From: the human T2T-CHM13v2.0 reference genome, Homo sapiens
Strand: one strand, 5' to 3'
Length of the DNA: 64,000 nucleotides
Assembly (NCBI RefSeq): GCF_009914755.1
Contig: NC_060931.1
Of this stretch, positions 30,803 to 50,493 are shown piece after piece (the first letter of the stretch is position 1; every line of letters begins with the position of its first letter). The position numbers were made by a program, and so were the translations under genes. The notes below the pieces were generated by a model. That model ran no database searches. It saw nothing but the letters and a program-made list of their open reading frames with translations, and had not been told where the DNA came from.

Positions 30803-31195
30803 TTAGAGGATCGCTTGAGGTCAGAAGTTCGAGACTAGCTTGGGCAACATAGTGAGACCCTGTCTCTAAAAACAAAACAAAAGGTGGGCGCGGTGGCTCA
30901 CACCTGTAATCCCGTCACTTTGGAAGGTGGAGCCGGGCAGATCATCTGAGGTCAGGAGTTTGAGACCAGCCCGGCCAACATGGCAAAACCCTGTCTCTAA
31001 TAAAACTACAAAAAAATTAGCTGGGCATGGTGGCAGGCGCCTGTAATCCCAGCTACTGGGGAGGCTGAGGCTGAAGAATCACTTGAACTCGGGAGGCGGA
31101 GGTTGTAGTGAGCCAAGGTCATACATACCATTGCACTCCAGCCTGGGCAACAAGAGCGAAACTCCATCTCAAAACAAAAACAAACAAACAACAAA
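30803..31195 (+). mobile_element. Alu fragment and AluS
   Basis: Sense Alu motifs with (CAAA)n tail. Confidence 0.87.
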
Positions 31196-31237
31196 ATTGC
31201 TGTCTACCATCTTATAGTCAGTTTTCTTATCTATCTC

Positions 31238-31322
31238 TGTGTGTGTGTGTGTATACACCCACACACATATATACACACACACACATATACACACAAACAC
31301 ACACACACACACACATATATAT
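31238..31322. repeat. Compound (TG)n/(CA,TA)n microsatellite
   Basis: tgtgtgtgtgtgtgtatacacccacacacatatatacacac... Confidence 0.85.
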
Positions 31323-31324
31323 AA

Positions 31325-32607
<1,283 letters not shown>

Positions 32608-33136
32608 GCAGAGAGCAATTTTGAATACAGCTGTTAGATTCTGCACTCATGCCTTCTCTAATCCATGTCACTGGAGTAGAAATAATTGCTTTGACAGAAC
32701 CTGGTGTAGATGTGTCTGTAGGAAGAAACTGTAAAATGAATGGATCATTTTGTGAAATATCTGCCCTTTCCCCACCTTTCTTTTGCTTCTTTGCCTTTTT
32801 CTCCCTAGTTTTCATTTCTTTCTTTTAGGGCGTCAGCCCCCCACCTCTGTGGTTGGGAGGGACTATTGCACGTCTACACTCTCGTGGGGATGAAATAGTG
32901 TTTGAGTTCGTTATTTGCATTTGCGCGTTATCTCCCCGAGGAGATGACAGCTTCTCTGCCAGCAGCGGGCAAAGGTGGGCTCTGAAGCAGAGGAGAGGAA
33001 TTATCAGGAAAAGCTCATTTTCTTCTCCTGTCCTAGGGTTTCACTGATGAAGGCCTCTGGGACACCCACGTTGGGGGTGGGGGCGGTGAGGACCGCCACC
33101 TGCCCGCGGCTCCCCTGCAGCCAGGCCACGCGCGCT

Positions 33137-33150
33137 GTTGCTAGGGCAAC
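33137..33150. promoter_or_regulatory. RFX X-box
   Basis: GTTGCTAGGGCAAC: inverted GTTGC/GCAAC half-sites closely matching the RFX consensus GTTGCCATGGCAAC, about 260 bp upstream of exon 1. Confidence 0.75.
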
Positions 33151-33229
33151 CACCCGGCCAGGCCTGCGGCTGCCGGGAAGCCCCCTCGGGAGCGCGCACG
33201 GGAAGGGCTGTGGGGGCGCTGGCCGGCTG

Positions 33230-33249
33230 CGACGTCAGACCCCCGCCCC
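33230..33249. promoter_or_regulatory. CRE-like site plus adjacent Sp/KLF GC box
   Basis: CGACGTCA (7/8 match to TGACGTCA) at 33230-33237 and CCCCGCCCC at 33241-33249. Confidence 0.55.
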
Positions 33250-33347
33250 TCGGCGCCTGCCGGACCCAGCTCCATTCCCAGCCGCGCCTCCTTCGGTGGG
33301 CAGCCGGCCGGAACTCACGAATCAGAGCAGCCGACACATCGTCCGCT

Positions 33348-33358
33348 CAGCCAATCGT
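33348..33358 (+). promoter_or_regulatory. NF-Y CCAAT box
   Basis: CAGCCAATCGT, with CCAAT at 33351-33355, about 50-70 bp upstream of the presumed TSS (a typical position). Confidence 0.6.
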
Positions 33359-33399
33359 AGCAGATGTGTGATCCCGCCACCTCCCCGGACCCTGGCGGT

Positions 33400-33612
33400 T
33401 GTCGCTGAGTTGGCGACCGCGGGAGACGCTGCTGAGGCGGCTTCGGTTGCGGGTCGGAACGGCGCTGCTCTGCGGGGCCGGTCCAGGCTGGCAGCTGCCG
33501 GCGCTTGGCGGTGAGGGCGGGCTCCCGAGTGGCCCCCCACCGAAGGCGGTGGGACCAGCGGCTGAGGCCAGGATGCCGTCCAGGCGGCGCGGCGGCTCCT
33601 CACTCATCCCAG
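33400..33612 (+). other. TPST1: Non-coding first exon (5'UTR), probably tyrosylprotein sulfotransferase 1; 5' end approximate
   Basis: Ends at CCCAG|GTAAGG (GT at 33613-33614) just downstream of the promoter motifs. The sequence gtcgctgagttggcgaccgcgggagacg...ggctcctcactcatcccag is recognised from memory as the TPST1 mRNA 5'UTR; no alignment was run. Confidence 0.72.
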
Positions 33613-34212
33613 GTAAGGGGGACGCGGCGCTCGCTGCGGCTCCGCTCCCCTCTCGTCTCCTCACACCCGGCCCTGTGCCCCGTCCTGGCATCCCTTGGCC
33701 CCTTGTCGCCTTCTGCTCGGTGCCTCCCGGTTGTCCAACCCCGCCCCCGAGCGCGGAGCCCCGGGTCTGGCCCGTCCGGCCCCTGCTCCCACGCCCCTTC
33801 CCCCATCGCCGGCATTTCCCGGGCTCGGCTTCGCCCCGGCCGCCGGGGCCTCTCCCCTCTGCCCTTTCTCTCCCTTCTCGCAGCCCTGGGACCACGTCCT
33901 AGCCCCGCAGTCCCCTGGGATGAGACCCTCGTCTCGCCGGGATCGGACATTTGCCCCCACGTCTACCCCGGCTGCGCTTCTTGAGCTCATCGCCCCATCA
34001 TCCTACCCGTTGTACGTAGTCCTGTCTGCATGGCAGTCGCCCGCCCCGCTCCAGGTGTCCCTGGGTCTTGCCCTTTTGCTCCTAAGCACCTTCCTTTCCC
34101 AACTCGCCTCTTCTCCCCTCACTTTGACCACCCACCATCGCAATCTCCTCTTCCTTCTCTTACTCTTAAACCTCCAGACACTTTCCCACTCTCTGCAATG
34201 CCGGATTCATCG

Positions 34213-34344
34213 CTTTTTTTTTTTTTTTTGAGAGATGGAGTCTCTATGTTGCCCAGGCTGGCTTCGAACTCCTGACCTCAAGCTATCCTTCTGCCTCGGC
34301 CTCCAAAGTGCTGGGATTACAGGCGTGAGCCACTGCGCCTGGCT
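34213..34344 (-). mobile_element. Alu monomer (FLAM-like)
   Basis: Poly-T plus single left arm. Confidence 0.85.
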
Positions 34345-36562
34345 CAGATCCATAGTGTAATATCTTCATTCGTCCTTACATGAGCTGCACCCCATAACAT
34401 GTAAAGTCCCTTGCCCAGAGTCTAGCACACAGTAGGCCTGGCACATGGTGGGTGGTCACGCATGTTAGCCTCTTCCTCCTTCCAGGCGTTTTGTACTTTC
34501 CAGATGATGGTAGCAAGAAGTCCAGTGTCCACAGGGATTTGACTCTGCCTGAAGAATGGTATGGGAGATGGCAGGAGAAATTGGTGAACTCCAGTAAAGC
34601 GATTAAATGGTCAATTACTGCATTCATTAAGAAGAAACAATTCTGCTATCCGTGCCATGTATTGTTTTATGTTAATTGCCTTTGTAAAGGATTCTTAGGC
34701 TGCTAGTCAGCAGGCTTTGCGGTGTAATTACTCCCCATCCCCTCTCCATCCCCATCTGCAGTGTTTGGGTAACTTTCTTTTTAGGAAAGAAAGAGCCCCT
34801 ACCTCCCAGCTAAAGTGGCATAGTATATAAGCAATGTGGTACGTGTTTATCTATTAGCTGGATAGTCCAGGGAGCTGCAATGAATTTTCATCTTTTAAGA
34901 TCCAGGAGGAATCAGGATTTGGATTTCCTGGAATCAGCTGCTGTACAGACCAAATATGCTTAAGAATGAAACTTCTGACAAGTCCTCTAAGAGTGAGAGA
35001 GGAATTATCCACCCCTCTCCCTCCCCCTCTCCAAACACTCGCTCTTGGAGGAAATAGCGAGTCGATTTTTAAAAAAGAGTAAAATACGTTTGACTTTTTA
35101 AAATGATAAAAGCATTGTCATTGGCCCTGTACTATTCTTGCCACCTTTGCTCTGATGGTCTCAAGCCTGGACGAATCAGTCAGCTTTTTCTGCTCCTGGG
35201 CTCCCAAGGCAGACTGGCAAAAATCATATAACTAAACTGCTGGGTGCTGTTTCTGCACTTCTGGATCCTGGAGATCCTTTGACTTAACCTCTAGATTCCT
35301 CTTATGTCCTAAAATCTAAATGGCTGTTTATGGATCTTTACCATTTTTCTCTGACTCTTTGTCCTACTCTTGCCTTCTCTTCATTGCTTATTTTGCCACT
35401 TAACTTCACAGAATAAATTGGTGGGCATCAGCCCTGAACTCTTAAGGAGAGGTCATTTTTGTCTGTGCCTGTCTGTACCTGATTTCTAATATCCTTTCCT
35501 CTGATCTCAGAAGAAGAGGGGTCTTACTTTCGAAAGCTAACGTCTTTGATCTCTTCCCATATTATTATTTTTTCTGTTGGATGGTATACATCCTCAGGTT
35601 TCCACCATTCAGACCAAAACAAAGCTTTTCTTGATGCTTCCCTTTTCTTTTTTTATTCTTCTCAGATTAACGTGGCATTCCTTAGGGTTTCATTTTTGTT
35701 CTTTTCTCTAATTTCCTTGTGTGATTACACTTCCTTTCATGGCTTCAAATAGCACCTATATATTTATGGTTTTCAAAGACGTCTATTTAGTCCCCGTTTC
35801 TCTTGAACCTCAGGTTCTAATTTTCATCTGCCTACTGCATAGCTGTATGTGGATGCTTGATTACTTCAAATGTGGTTACCTTTTCCTTCCCTTTCTCTCC
35901 ACCCATAGCCCCCTTTAAGCACATATACAAACATTACTATTTTAAGATCTTTACTCTAGAAACCTTAAAATCATCTTCTTTTCTCCTCACATTAAGTCTA
36001 GCATAGATCCTATTGTTGTTGCTACCTCAGATCTTTTTTTTTCCTCTCTTCATAACATCTTTTTTTTTTCTCTCTCTTCATTGCCAGAAGACTGGTTCAG
36101 ACCTTGGTTATGCTTTTTCTGAACCTCTGGGTCCTGTAGTCTACTTAATCCTCCACGTTGCTGCTGGAATTGGTTCCATTTCTGAACTATCAATCTGATC
36201 ATGCTGCTTGTTTTCTTTAAAAATTCTCATCAGCTCCCAAACCCTTAGCATGTTGAGCCAGTCCTTCCAAGCCTTCTGTAGCATGGGCGCATCCCCTTCC
36301 TGGGCCCTTTGTGATCCAGAGAAAAAAGCAGTAAAGAAACAGACCATTCACTACCGTAAAATCAAGACTGTGACAGAGATGACTACAGGGTGCTCTGGGA
36401 GCATCACCCTGGTGAGAGTGAGGACAAGTTTCTGTCTACAGGCACCTAGGACTTTTTCTGACTACCCCTCCTCCTTAGTTTGGGTTAGGTGACTTTTCTT
36501 TGTGTTTCCACAGCACCCTGTACATACTTCCATCTCCATTTTTACCACTTATACCATTTTTA

Positions 36563-36898
<336 letters not shown>

Positions 36899-37087
36899 TG
36901 ACTTGAGAGTGAACCCTTTAAGAGAAAGAGTTGTGTCATATCTCATTGTATCTCCAGTTTCTAGCAAATTGCCAAGTACATAGTGCTCAGTAAACTAAGT
37001 TTTCAGAAGAGCTGAATCTAGACAAGGAAAGGTAAGGGGAGATGGGCAGTTTGGAAGAGAAGGTAACATATGGAAAAGTGTGTCTTA

Positions 37088-37365
37088 GGCTAGGCGCGGT
37101 GGCTCACGCCTGTAATCCCAGCATTTTGGGAGACTGAGGCAGACGGATCAAGACCATCAAGACCAGCCCGGCCACATGGTGAAACCCCATCTCTACTAAA
37201 AATACAAAAATTAGCCGGGCGTGGTGGTGGGCGCCTGTAATCCCAGCTACTCAGGAGGCTGAGGCAGGAGAATCGCTTGAACCTGGGAGGCAGAGGTTAC
37301 AGTGAGCTGACTCCAGCCTGGGCAGCAGAGTGAGACTCCATCTCAAAATTAAAGAAAAAAGAAAA
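37088..37365 (+). mobile_element. AluS with internal deletions
   Basis: Sense Alu; TSD-like aaaa(g/t)gtgt. Confidence 0.88.
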
Positions 37366-37921
37366 ATGTGTGATAACCTGGTGCTTTTGGGAAAGAACTG
37401 GTAATTTGGAAAGGCTGGAGAATGGGCATAATGAGCAATGAGGCTGGGAAGGTATATGGGAGCCGCTCATGAATGACCTTGTGTGTCCTAACACATAATC
37501 CTGATGATAGCGAGGAACCTTTGAAGGATTTCTTCCTGGGCAGATCTTACAAAGTCTGGCTTGTTCCCATCTCAGGCTTTGTGTCTTGCTGCATGCCTTG
37601 CCTTTTGCCTCAGCCATATAAAATCACCTCTATTACCTGAACATGCCTAAATGGCTTTATGTTTCTCTTTCTCCGTGGAATGCGTTTTCCCACTTAGCCA
37701 CCTGTAGATTATACAGGCTTCTGGTTATCTCTGCAGTAAAGCATTCCCACATCTGCCTGCAATCCATGTCTCTTCATCTCTACTGTCATTTACTTGTTTA
37801 CATGTCTTTCTCTACTCTAAGGGTAGGGCTTTGAAATCAGGATGGGTTTTGATTCATGTCTGCATCCCCTACTCTGGCAGGTAACATGAATGAGTATTGT
37901 GACCAGGTATATTTTGATTAT

Positions 37922-38055
37922 GTTTATTTATTTTTCTAGAGATGGGAGTCTTGCTATGTTGCCCAGATTGGTCTTGAACTCCTGGCTTCAGGTAACCCTC
38001 TGCCTTGACTTCCCAAAGTGTTGGGATTATGGGTGTGAGTCACTGCGCCTGGCCC
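37922..38055 (-). mobile_element. Alu monomer (FLAM) among L2 remnants (~37370-38520)
   Basis: Single arm; flanks (aaggatgacatactgagttcaggcttgggtgtctggg...) resemble L2. Confidence 0.7.
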
Positions 38056-38768
38056 CAGGTGTATTTTCAGAAAAATTACTCTGATCTCTGGTAGCATTGT
38101 AGAGAACAGGTTAGAGAGGGGCAAGACTAGGTGCACAAAGACCAATAGGTGGTCATTATAGGAATGTAGGTGAAAGATAATGAGGCCAGTGAGGCTAAGG
38201 GGTTAGATTTGGGAGTGAATTTGTGGAGTAAGGAGAACTGGTTAGGTGTATAGGTGAGAGAGAGGGAGAAGGAAGGGTCAAGGATGACATACTGAGTTCA
38301 GGCTTGGGTGTCTGGGTAATGGTGGTTCTGTTCATCCAGGTAGGAAATACAGGAAAATAAACAAATTTTGAGGGAAAAGGAGGAAGCCAATGATAACATC
38401 TTGATGCCCAGGAAATCGCCTGAGAGAGCAGTTGGCCCTAAAGATGGAGATATATATGGAGGGTCTGTGCTAGAATTGAAAGTGAAGTCATCAGAAGTAG
38501 GTGAGATTGCCTGGTTCAGTGATTTTCAACATAGGCACTACTTAAAAACCACCTGGGGAGCTTTTAAAGAATGAGGATGGGGGATCGAGGCATCCACAGG
38601 GATTCTGTATCATTTGGTCTGGTGCAGGGCCAGACCTTGTTACTTTAAAGATGCTTCCCATGAGATGGTGATAGGTATCTAGGACTGAGAACTGGGCTGA
38701 GAGCCCAAAGAGGGAGTGATAGAACCCTGAAGAACAATAGTAGTAACTCATCCTTTAAATATCAGGAC

Positions 38769-39518
<750 letters not shown>

Positions 39519-39773
39519 GTCCATTTTTATAGCTAAGGAATTCCTTGAAGTCTGAAACCATGCCTTATTTATCTTTTCATCACTGCCTTGCACAGTACTT
39601 GATACATTTTAGAAACTTGATAAAAGTTGGTTGAATAAATCAGTTGATAAGTGATATAAAACAGAGCTTGAACTCATGATTTTGCAAACTGACCAGCTGT
39701 TTCTTTCTTTCCTGCTTAACAAGTCACTGGTCAAATATGCGTAGTCATTCTTGTTTTAAAAACACACAGTCTT

Positions 39774-40093
<320 letters not shown>

Positions 40094-40523
40094 TTAGAGT
40101 GGATTAATATAAATATTATTTGCTCTGTAATGTCTTGGCTTTTAAGGTGGTTAAGCTGTGACAGTTACTACAGAGGTTTATTCAGGCTTTGTCTTTAGAA
40201 GATACTATTTAAAATAGACTTTATTTCATACGATTAAGGTATATCGATCTTGTATCTTTTTAAAACAAATAGCTCTTGATTTTAGGCTCATGAGCTTTGG
40301 AATTTTTAACTAGAACAAAAACTGTCAATTTGATAAAAGATCTTGAACAGTGGCATAACAATTTCTTTTTAACTAAGAAAATTAAGGAAGTAAGGAATAT
40401 GCCTTAAGCAAGCCCTATACCTAAATGAATCTCACTGGGATTGGTGATGGGTAGGAAGAAATAAATAATTCCCATGTATTTAAGCACTGTTGTAGGAAGC
40501 ACCTGTGATTGCTCATATATTGA

Positions 40524-40840
<317 letters not shown>

Positions 40841-40899
40841 CAGTGCATTTTCTATTTTCTGATTTCTCAGGGCTTAGATATAAACCATGGAATCTTTTG

Positions 40900-42400
40900 T
40901 TCTTTGTTTTTTCTTAAGATTTTGTCAGCTGTTTCTTTTTATAGGATTTGTGGTTGACAGTTCTTTGCTTTTAACATTTGAGAAATGTTGAGAAACTTTT
41001 TTCAGATAAGAAACCCTGTCATTAGAATTCATTTTCTTATAGGTAACATCCTTTCTCCCCAACTGCTTTAGAGGTTTTTTCTTTGTCTTTAGTTTTCAGA
41101 AGTTAAATTATGATGTGTCTGCACGAATTTCTTTGGGTTTTTCTGTTTGGAGTTCTCTTAATTTCTTGAGCTGCAGATTTGTCTTTTACCACATCTGAGA
41201 AGTTTTCAGTCACTTCTTAGAATAATTTTTCAGTACCACTCTCTGTCTCCTTTCATTCTGTGACTGAATGTTAGATCTTTTGTTACTGTCTCACAGGACG
41301 TAAGGCACTATTTTCTTTTAATTTTTTTCCAGTCTTATTTTTTTGTCTGTTGTTTAGATTGGGTAATTCTTGTTTCAAGTTTATTGATTCTTACCTGTGT
41401 TATATTCATTCTGCTGTTGAGCTAACCCACCGAGTTATTATTTTGGTTGTTTTTCAGTTCTATAATTTTTATTGGGTTTTTTGTCTATTCTACTTCTTTG
41501 GTGAGATTTTCTATTTTGTCATTTGTTTAAAGAGTGTATGTAATGGCTTGTTAAACAATAGGCTGGGCGCGGTGGCTCACGCCTGTAATCCCAGCACTTT
41601 GGGAGGCCGAGGCGGGCAGATCACGAGGTCGGGAGATCGAGACCATCCTGGCTAACACGGTGAAACCTCGTCTCTACTAAAAATAAAAAAAATTAGCCAG
41701 GCTTGGTGGCGGGTGCCTGTAGTCCCAGCTACTTGGGAGGCTGAGGCGCGAACCCAGGAGGCGGAGCTTGCAGTGAGCGGAGATCGTGCCACTGCACTCC
41801 AGCCTGGGAGACAGAGTGAGACTCCATCTCAAAAAAAAAAAAAAAAGAATAATGGCTACTTTAAAATCTCTGTCAGATCATTCCAACATCTGATTCATCC
41901 TGTTGTTGGCATCTGTTAATTGTCTTTTCTCATTCAAATTGTGGTTTTCCTGGTTCTTGCTACGATGAATGACTTTTGACTGTATCTTGGACATTTTGGA
42001 TATTAGGAGTTATAGATCATATTTAAACTTTATGTTTTAGTAGACAGTCACCTGAGAAGGAGCATGTAGCTCCCAGCCTGCCTTTTGTTTCATAACAGCT
42101 TTATTGAGATATAATTCACATGCCACATGTTCAACCATTTAAAGTGTAAAATTCATTTACTTTTAGTATATTCATATAGTTGTACATCATTACCACAATC
42201 AATTTTAGAACATTTTTACTACCCACAAAAAAACCATACCACACACTCCTTAGCCATTATCCTCAACTCTCCTACTCTTCATCCTCTCCATCCCTAGGCA
42301 ACCACTAATCTATTTTCTGTCTTTATAGATTCATATTATATAGAATAGAAATATCTATTTTGAGCACATAATAAAGACAATCATATATAATATTGTCCTC
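40900..42400 (-). mobile_element. Old L1M fragments with a sense AluY (41561-41846)
   Basis: T-rich L1-like sequence; 42090-42400 (cagctttattgagatataattcacatgcc...ccctaggcaaccactaatcta) is an L1MB-type 3' end. Confidence 0.7.
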
Positions 42401-42623
42401 CTTTATTTCATTTTTAGAGTAATATATACTATTACCCTATATTAACTATTAATATTTACTAATTTTTTTGTAATTTTAAAGTATTTATAAGTATAAATAT
42501 AAATTATATTTATTTATAAATAGTGAGCTGCAATTTATTTTTGTAGTGTTTTTGGTTTCAAAATCCAACTAAAATTGGCTGTATATGTAATGAGTTCGGA
42601 AGTGTCGTTAAGAATTGGTGTTG

Positions 42624-42900
42624 CTGGTGCAGTGACTGATGCCTGTAATTCCAGCACTTTGGGAGGCTAAGGCAGGCAGATTGCTTGAGCCCAGGGGTTC
42701 AAGACCAGCCTGGGTAACATGATGAAAGCCCGTCTCTATAAAAAAATATGAAAATTAGCATGGCATGGCGGCACACACCTGTAGTACCAGCTGCTTGGGA
42801 GGCTGAGGCAGGAGGATCTCTTGAACCTGGGAGGGGAGGCGAGATCCTGCCACTGCACTCCAGCCTGGGCGACAGTGTGAGACCCTGCCTAAAAAAAAAG
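42624..42900 (+). mobile_element. AluJ
   Basis: Diverged sense Alu. Confidence 0.87.
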
Positions 42901-42909
42901 CCACCAACA

Positions 42910-45660
<2,751 letters not shown>

Positions 45661-45666
45661 ACATCA

Positions 45667-46266
<600 letters not shown>

Positions 46267-46651
46267 CCCCTTAAGATTCATTCTAATGTCATTTTCTTCG
46301 TGTAGCCTTTTCTGAGCCTATGGATGTGATCCTTCCTTGAAATGCCTGTATGTCTTTGTTCATGCCTTTTGTATGCTCTTTTTATTATTTTATCATGGCA
46401 TATATGGTTAGTTTCTTTTCTTCTCTCCTTGCTAAGCTACTAGTTCTTTGAAGGCAGATGATAAATCATACTCATTTATATGCTCATTTAATGTATGTAA
46501 CATTTAATTGAAATGTATGAGTAAGAATTTTCTACCCTGTAAAAATTAAATAACAGTACATGGTTGTACATGTGATATGTTTTTATAATTATTGGAAAGG
46601 TATAACAAGACAATGAAAGTTCAGTTTTGCCCACAGAAATTGCTATTATAG

Positions 46652-47286
<635 letters not shown>

Positions 47287-48838
47287 TAGCAGTGGTTTCT
47301 GATCAAATATTTGATGCCCAGCTTTTCATAGAGAACATCACAAAATTCCAGCTCCAAGTAATTTTGGGCTAGAGGCATAATTTCCCACAACAAACATGGG
47401 AAACCTACTTTCATATGAGAGTGACTAGGCTAAAGCAAAACTAAACTGGAAAATATACAGGAAAGGTAGAGCTATTTGCCAGGCTACTTTCTAGCCTCCG
47501 TATATATCTGTTATTTCTTGAGTCCAAATCTAGTTCTCCATTCTTAATCTCTCCCAGATGAAATCTTCAGGGACTTGCAGAAAGTGTGCAAATATGCATC
47601 CTGCTCATTTTTATAAGTAAAGCATAATGGCTACATGGATTTATAGTTTTCTTCTGTCATTCTAATTAGATCTGAGGTGGTCATGATAGGACAATTCTGG
47701 AGAAAATACAGTTCAAAAGCTGAGTATATTTTTAAAAACTATTTGCTAATGAAAGCCTTATAAATAATAGCAGATGGTCTTAAATTTACTTCATTTGCAC
47801 CATAATTGTTGCATACCTGGCTTTTTGTTCATGCCAAGCCTAATAATGACTGGGACGTACCATGGTATACAGTCAGACCTGGGTTCCAGCTTGGCAAATA
47901 ATTTGCCATGTAGCAGTATATTAAGGAAGTTTTTTATTCCTTCTGGGCCTCAGTTTCCTTATGTGTAAAATTCTAGAACAGAAATGTTCCTTTACCTTAT
48001 GATTCGTTGCAGCAATGTAAGGGATTGCAAAAAAGATTTTGATTCATTCATCAACAAGAGTGCAAAGTGATGATAGAGGCAGATGAAATAGACTGATCAA
48101 TAAAGGGAGTGGATTAGAAGAGCAAGGGTCAAAGGAAAAAAAAAGGAGGTGAACTCTGTATTTTTAGTTTTTTTTAAATGTAGTCAAACCATATTATAAC
48201 ACTGGAACCAGAAGAAAAAAGTAATGTTCTAATCCTAGGAAAGCATTAGCTGTCTGGGCTTTTATTGAGAAAGTTTTAGCAGGATCAGTCAATGCACATT
48301 TATCAAGTGCTCAATATGCTTGTAGTATATTGTTATATACTATGGAGAAACTGAAAAAGATAAGATATAGTCAATATGTCCCAAGAACTCACAACTAATT
48401 ATACTTATAGAATCTAATTACAGCCATAATTACCTTATTGGCAATCTAAAATTCATTAATTCATTCAAAAGGCTCTAGTTTCAAGGAGCTCACAGCCTAC
48501 TGGAAAAACAGACAAAGTAACCATGTAGTGTGAGATGTGATATAGGGTAAATACAAGGGCACTAGGAAGGACACCTGTGTCGTATGTGGCAGAGAGCTTT
48601 CAGGAAAGCTGCGCAGGAAAGATGGCATTAAAGTGGAATGTTGAAGGATGAGTGAGAGTCATCAGGCAGAGAGACACGCAAAAGCTGCAGTGCATGCGGA
48701 GGCTCAAACAAGGAAGGGATGCTTCAGGTGGATGACAGTGGCACTGGGTGAGTGTGTGGGGGTGGTGGGTGGGTGGGTGGTGAAACAGGCTGGGGAGCAG
48801 ACAAGGGCTGGGTCAGGAACGGCCTTGTACTAACGTTA

Positions 48839-49264
<426 letters not shown>

Positions 49265-50193
49265 TCAACTGATGGAAAGAAGTCAGAACTCAGACCATTT
49301 AGGAGGCTGTGGAGTTCATATGAGAAAGGAAGAGGGTGAGGATTAAACTGATTTTTTTTCCGTAATTATCAGCAGGGAAAAAAAATGAGGGAAATCAAGT
49401 AAAGGGAGATGAAGGAGGAAGAATTGACGGGACTTTACCAGTTACTCATGGAGAGGTTAAGGGAGAAACTACATAAAGGTTCCCTGGTTTTAAGCTTGAG
49501 AATCAGAGAGAAAGTGGTTCATTGACCAATGGAGGAAAGGGAAGAGTAAAAGAGATTTACTAGGGAAGGTAGGTTCCATTTAGTGTTCGTTGAGTGTAAC
49601 ATGCCGGTGAACATCCAGATAGAATTGTCCCTTAGCCTTTAAATGATCAAGTCTGAGATTGGGATAGAAGTCTTGGTTGCAAATCGATTTGAATCATTAC
49701 AGTGTAAGTGAGAGCTGGCTGCAGATGAAGCAGGGTGAGTGTAGGAGTGTGAGTAAGGGAATGCAGTGCTGTAAATTAATCTTTGGTCACTGCTTTGTGA
49801 TGTTGCTTTTGAAACATAAGTTTGAATACAGAGTTGACTTTTTAAAATCTGGGCTTTTCTTTTTAGTGTCATTGATTACTGTTAGTATTCTAACAGTTAA
49901 TATCTGTAGGACTCTTTCTTTCCAAAGACTTGGAAAACTGTTTTTCCTCTCTGCTATGAATTTTGTAATTATTTTATTGATTGCAGAATATCTTTTTGAG
50001 GCAATGATTGAAATTGCAAAGTTTTTTTCATCAGTTCCAGATTACTTTCTTTCTGTTTATTCATAGTTCCTTGTTTCATTTTCGATGTTTATTTGTTGAC
50101 TATTTGCTTTATATCAGATGACTTTATAGGTATTTTAAGGGGATTTAAGAAAGATATCACTAGTTACCTATTCGTCTATAAATTCCTTGCTTA

Positions 50194-50493
50194 GGCCAAG
50201 TGTGGTGGCTCACGCCTGTAATCCCAGCACTTTGGGAGGCCGAGGCAGGTGGATCACAAGGTCAGGAGATTGAGACCATCCTGGCTAACACGGTGAAACC
50301 CTGTTATTAAAAAATACAAAAAAAGAATTAGCTGGGCGTGGTGGCAGGCACCTGTAGTCCCAGCTACTGGGGAGGCTGAGGCAGGAGAATGGCATGAACC
50401 CCGGGAGGTGGAGCTTGCAGTGAGCTGAGATCGTGCCACTGCACTCCAGCCTGGGCCACAGAGTGAGACTCCGTTTCAAAAAAAAAAAAAAAA
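50194..50493 (+). mobile_element. AluY
   Basis: TSD aaattccttgctt / aaatttccttgctt. Confidence 0.9.

Larger units (their letters stand above)
33060..34030. promoter_or_regulatory. TPST1: CpG island promoter spanning the TSS region, exon 1 and the start of intron 1
   Basis: Abrupt switch to very GC- and CpG-dense non-repeat sequence in an otherwise CpG-depleted, Alu-filled window. Contains GC boxes, CCAAT, CRE-like and X-box motifs and a strong splice donor. Confidence 0.93.

Noticed and set aside
33546-33583. 38-nt GC...AG segment containing the uATG, flanked by AGGCGG direct repeats (possible mini-intron)
   Set aside because: Below the practical minimum human intron size. Any cDNA lacking it would more likely be a reverse-transcriptase template-switch artefact.
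32975-34231. Overlapping 100-180 aa ORFs on both strands
   Set aside because: Stop-codon scarcity in a GC-rich CpG island. They are Pro/Arg/Gly-rich, run through the splice donor and resemble no protein I recognise.
41028-41048. Recursive-splice-like ttttcttatAG|GTAACA
   Set aside because: Weak donor inside a T-rich antisense L1, where such motifs arise by chance.
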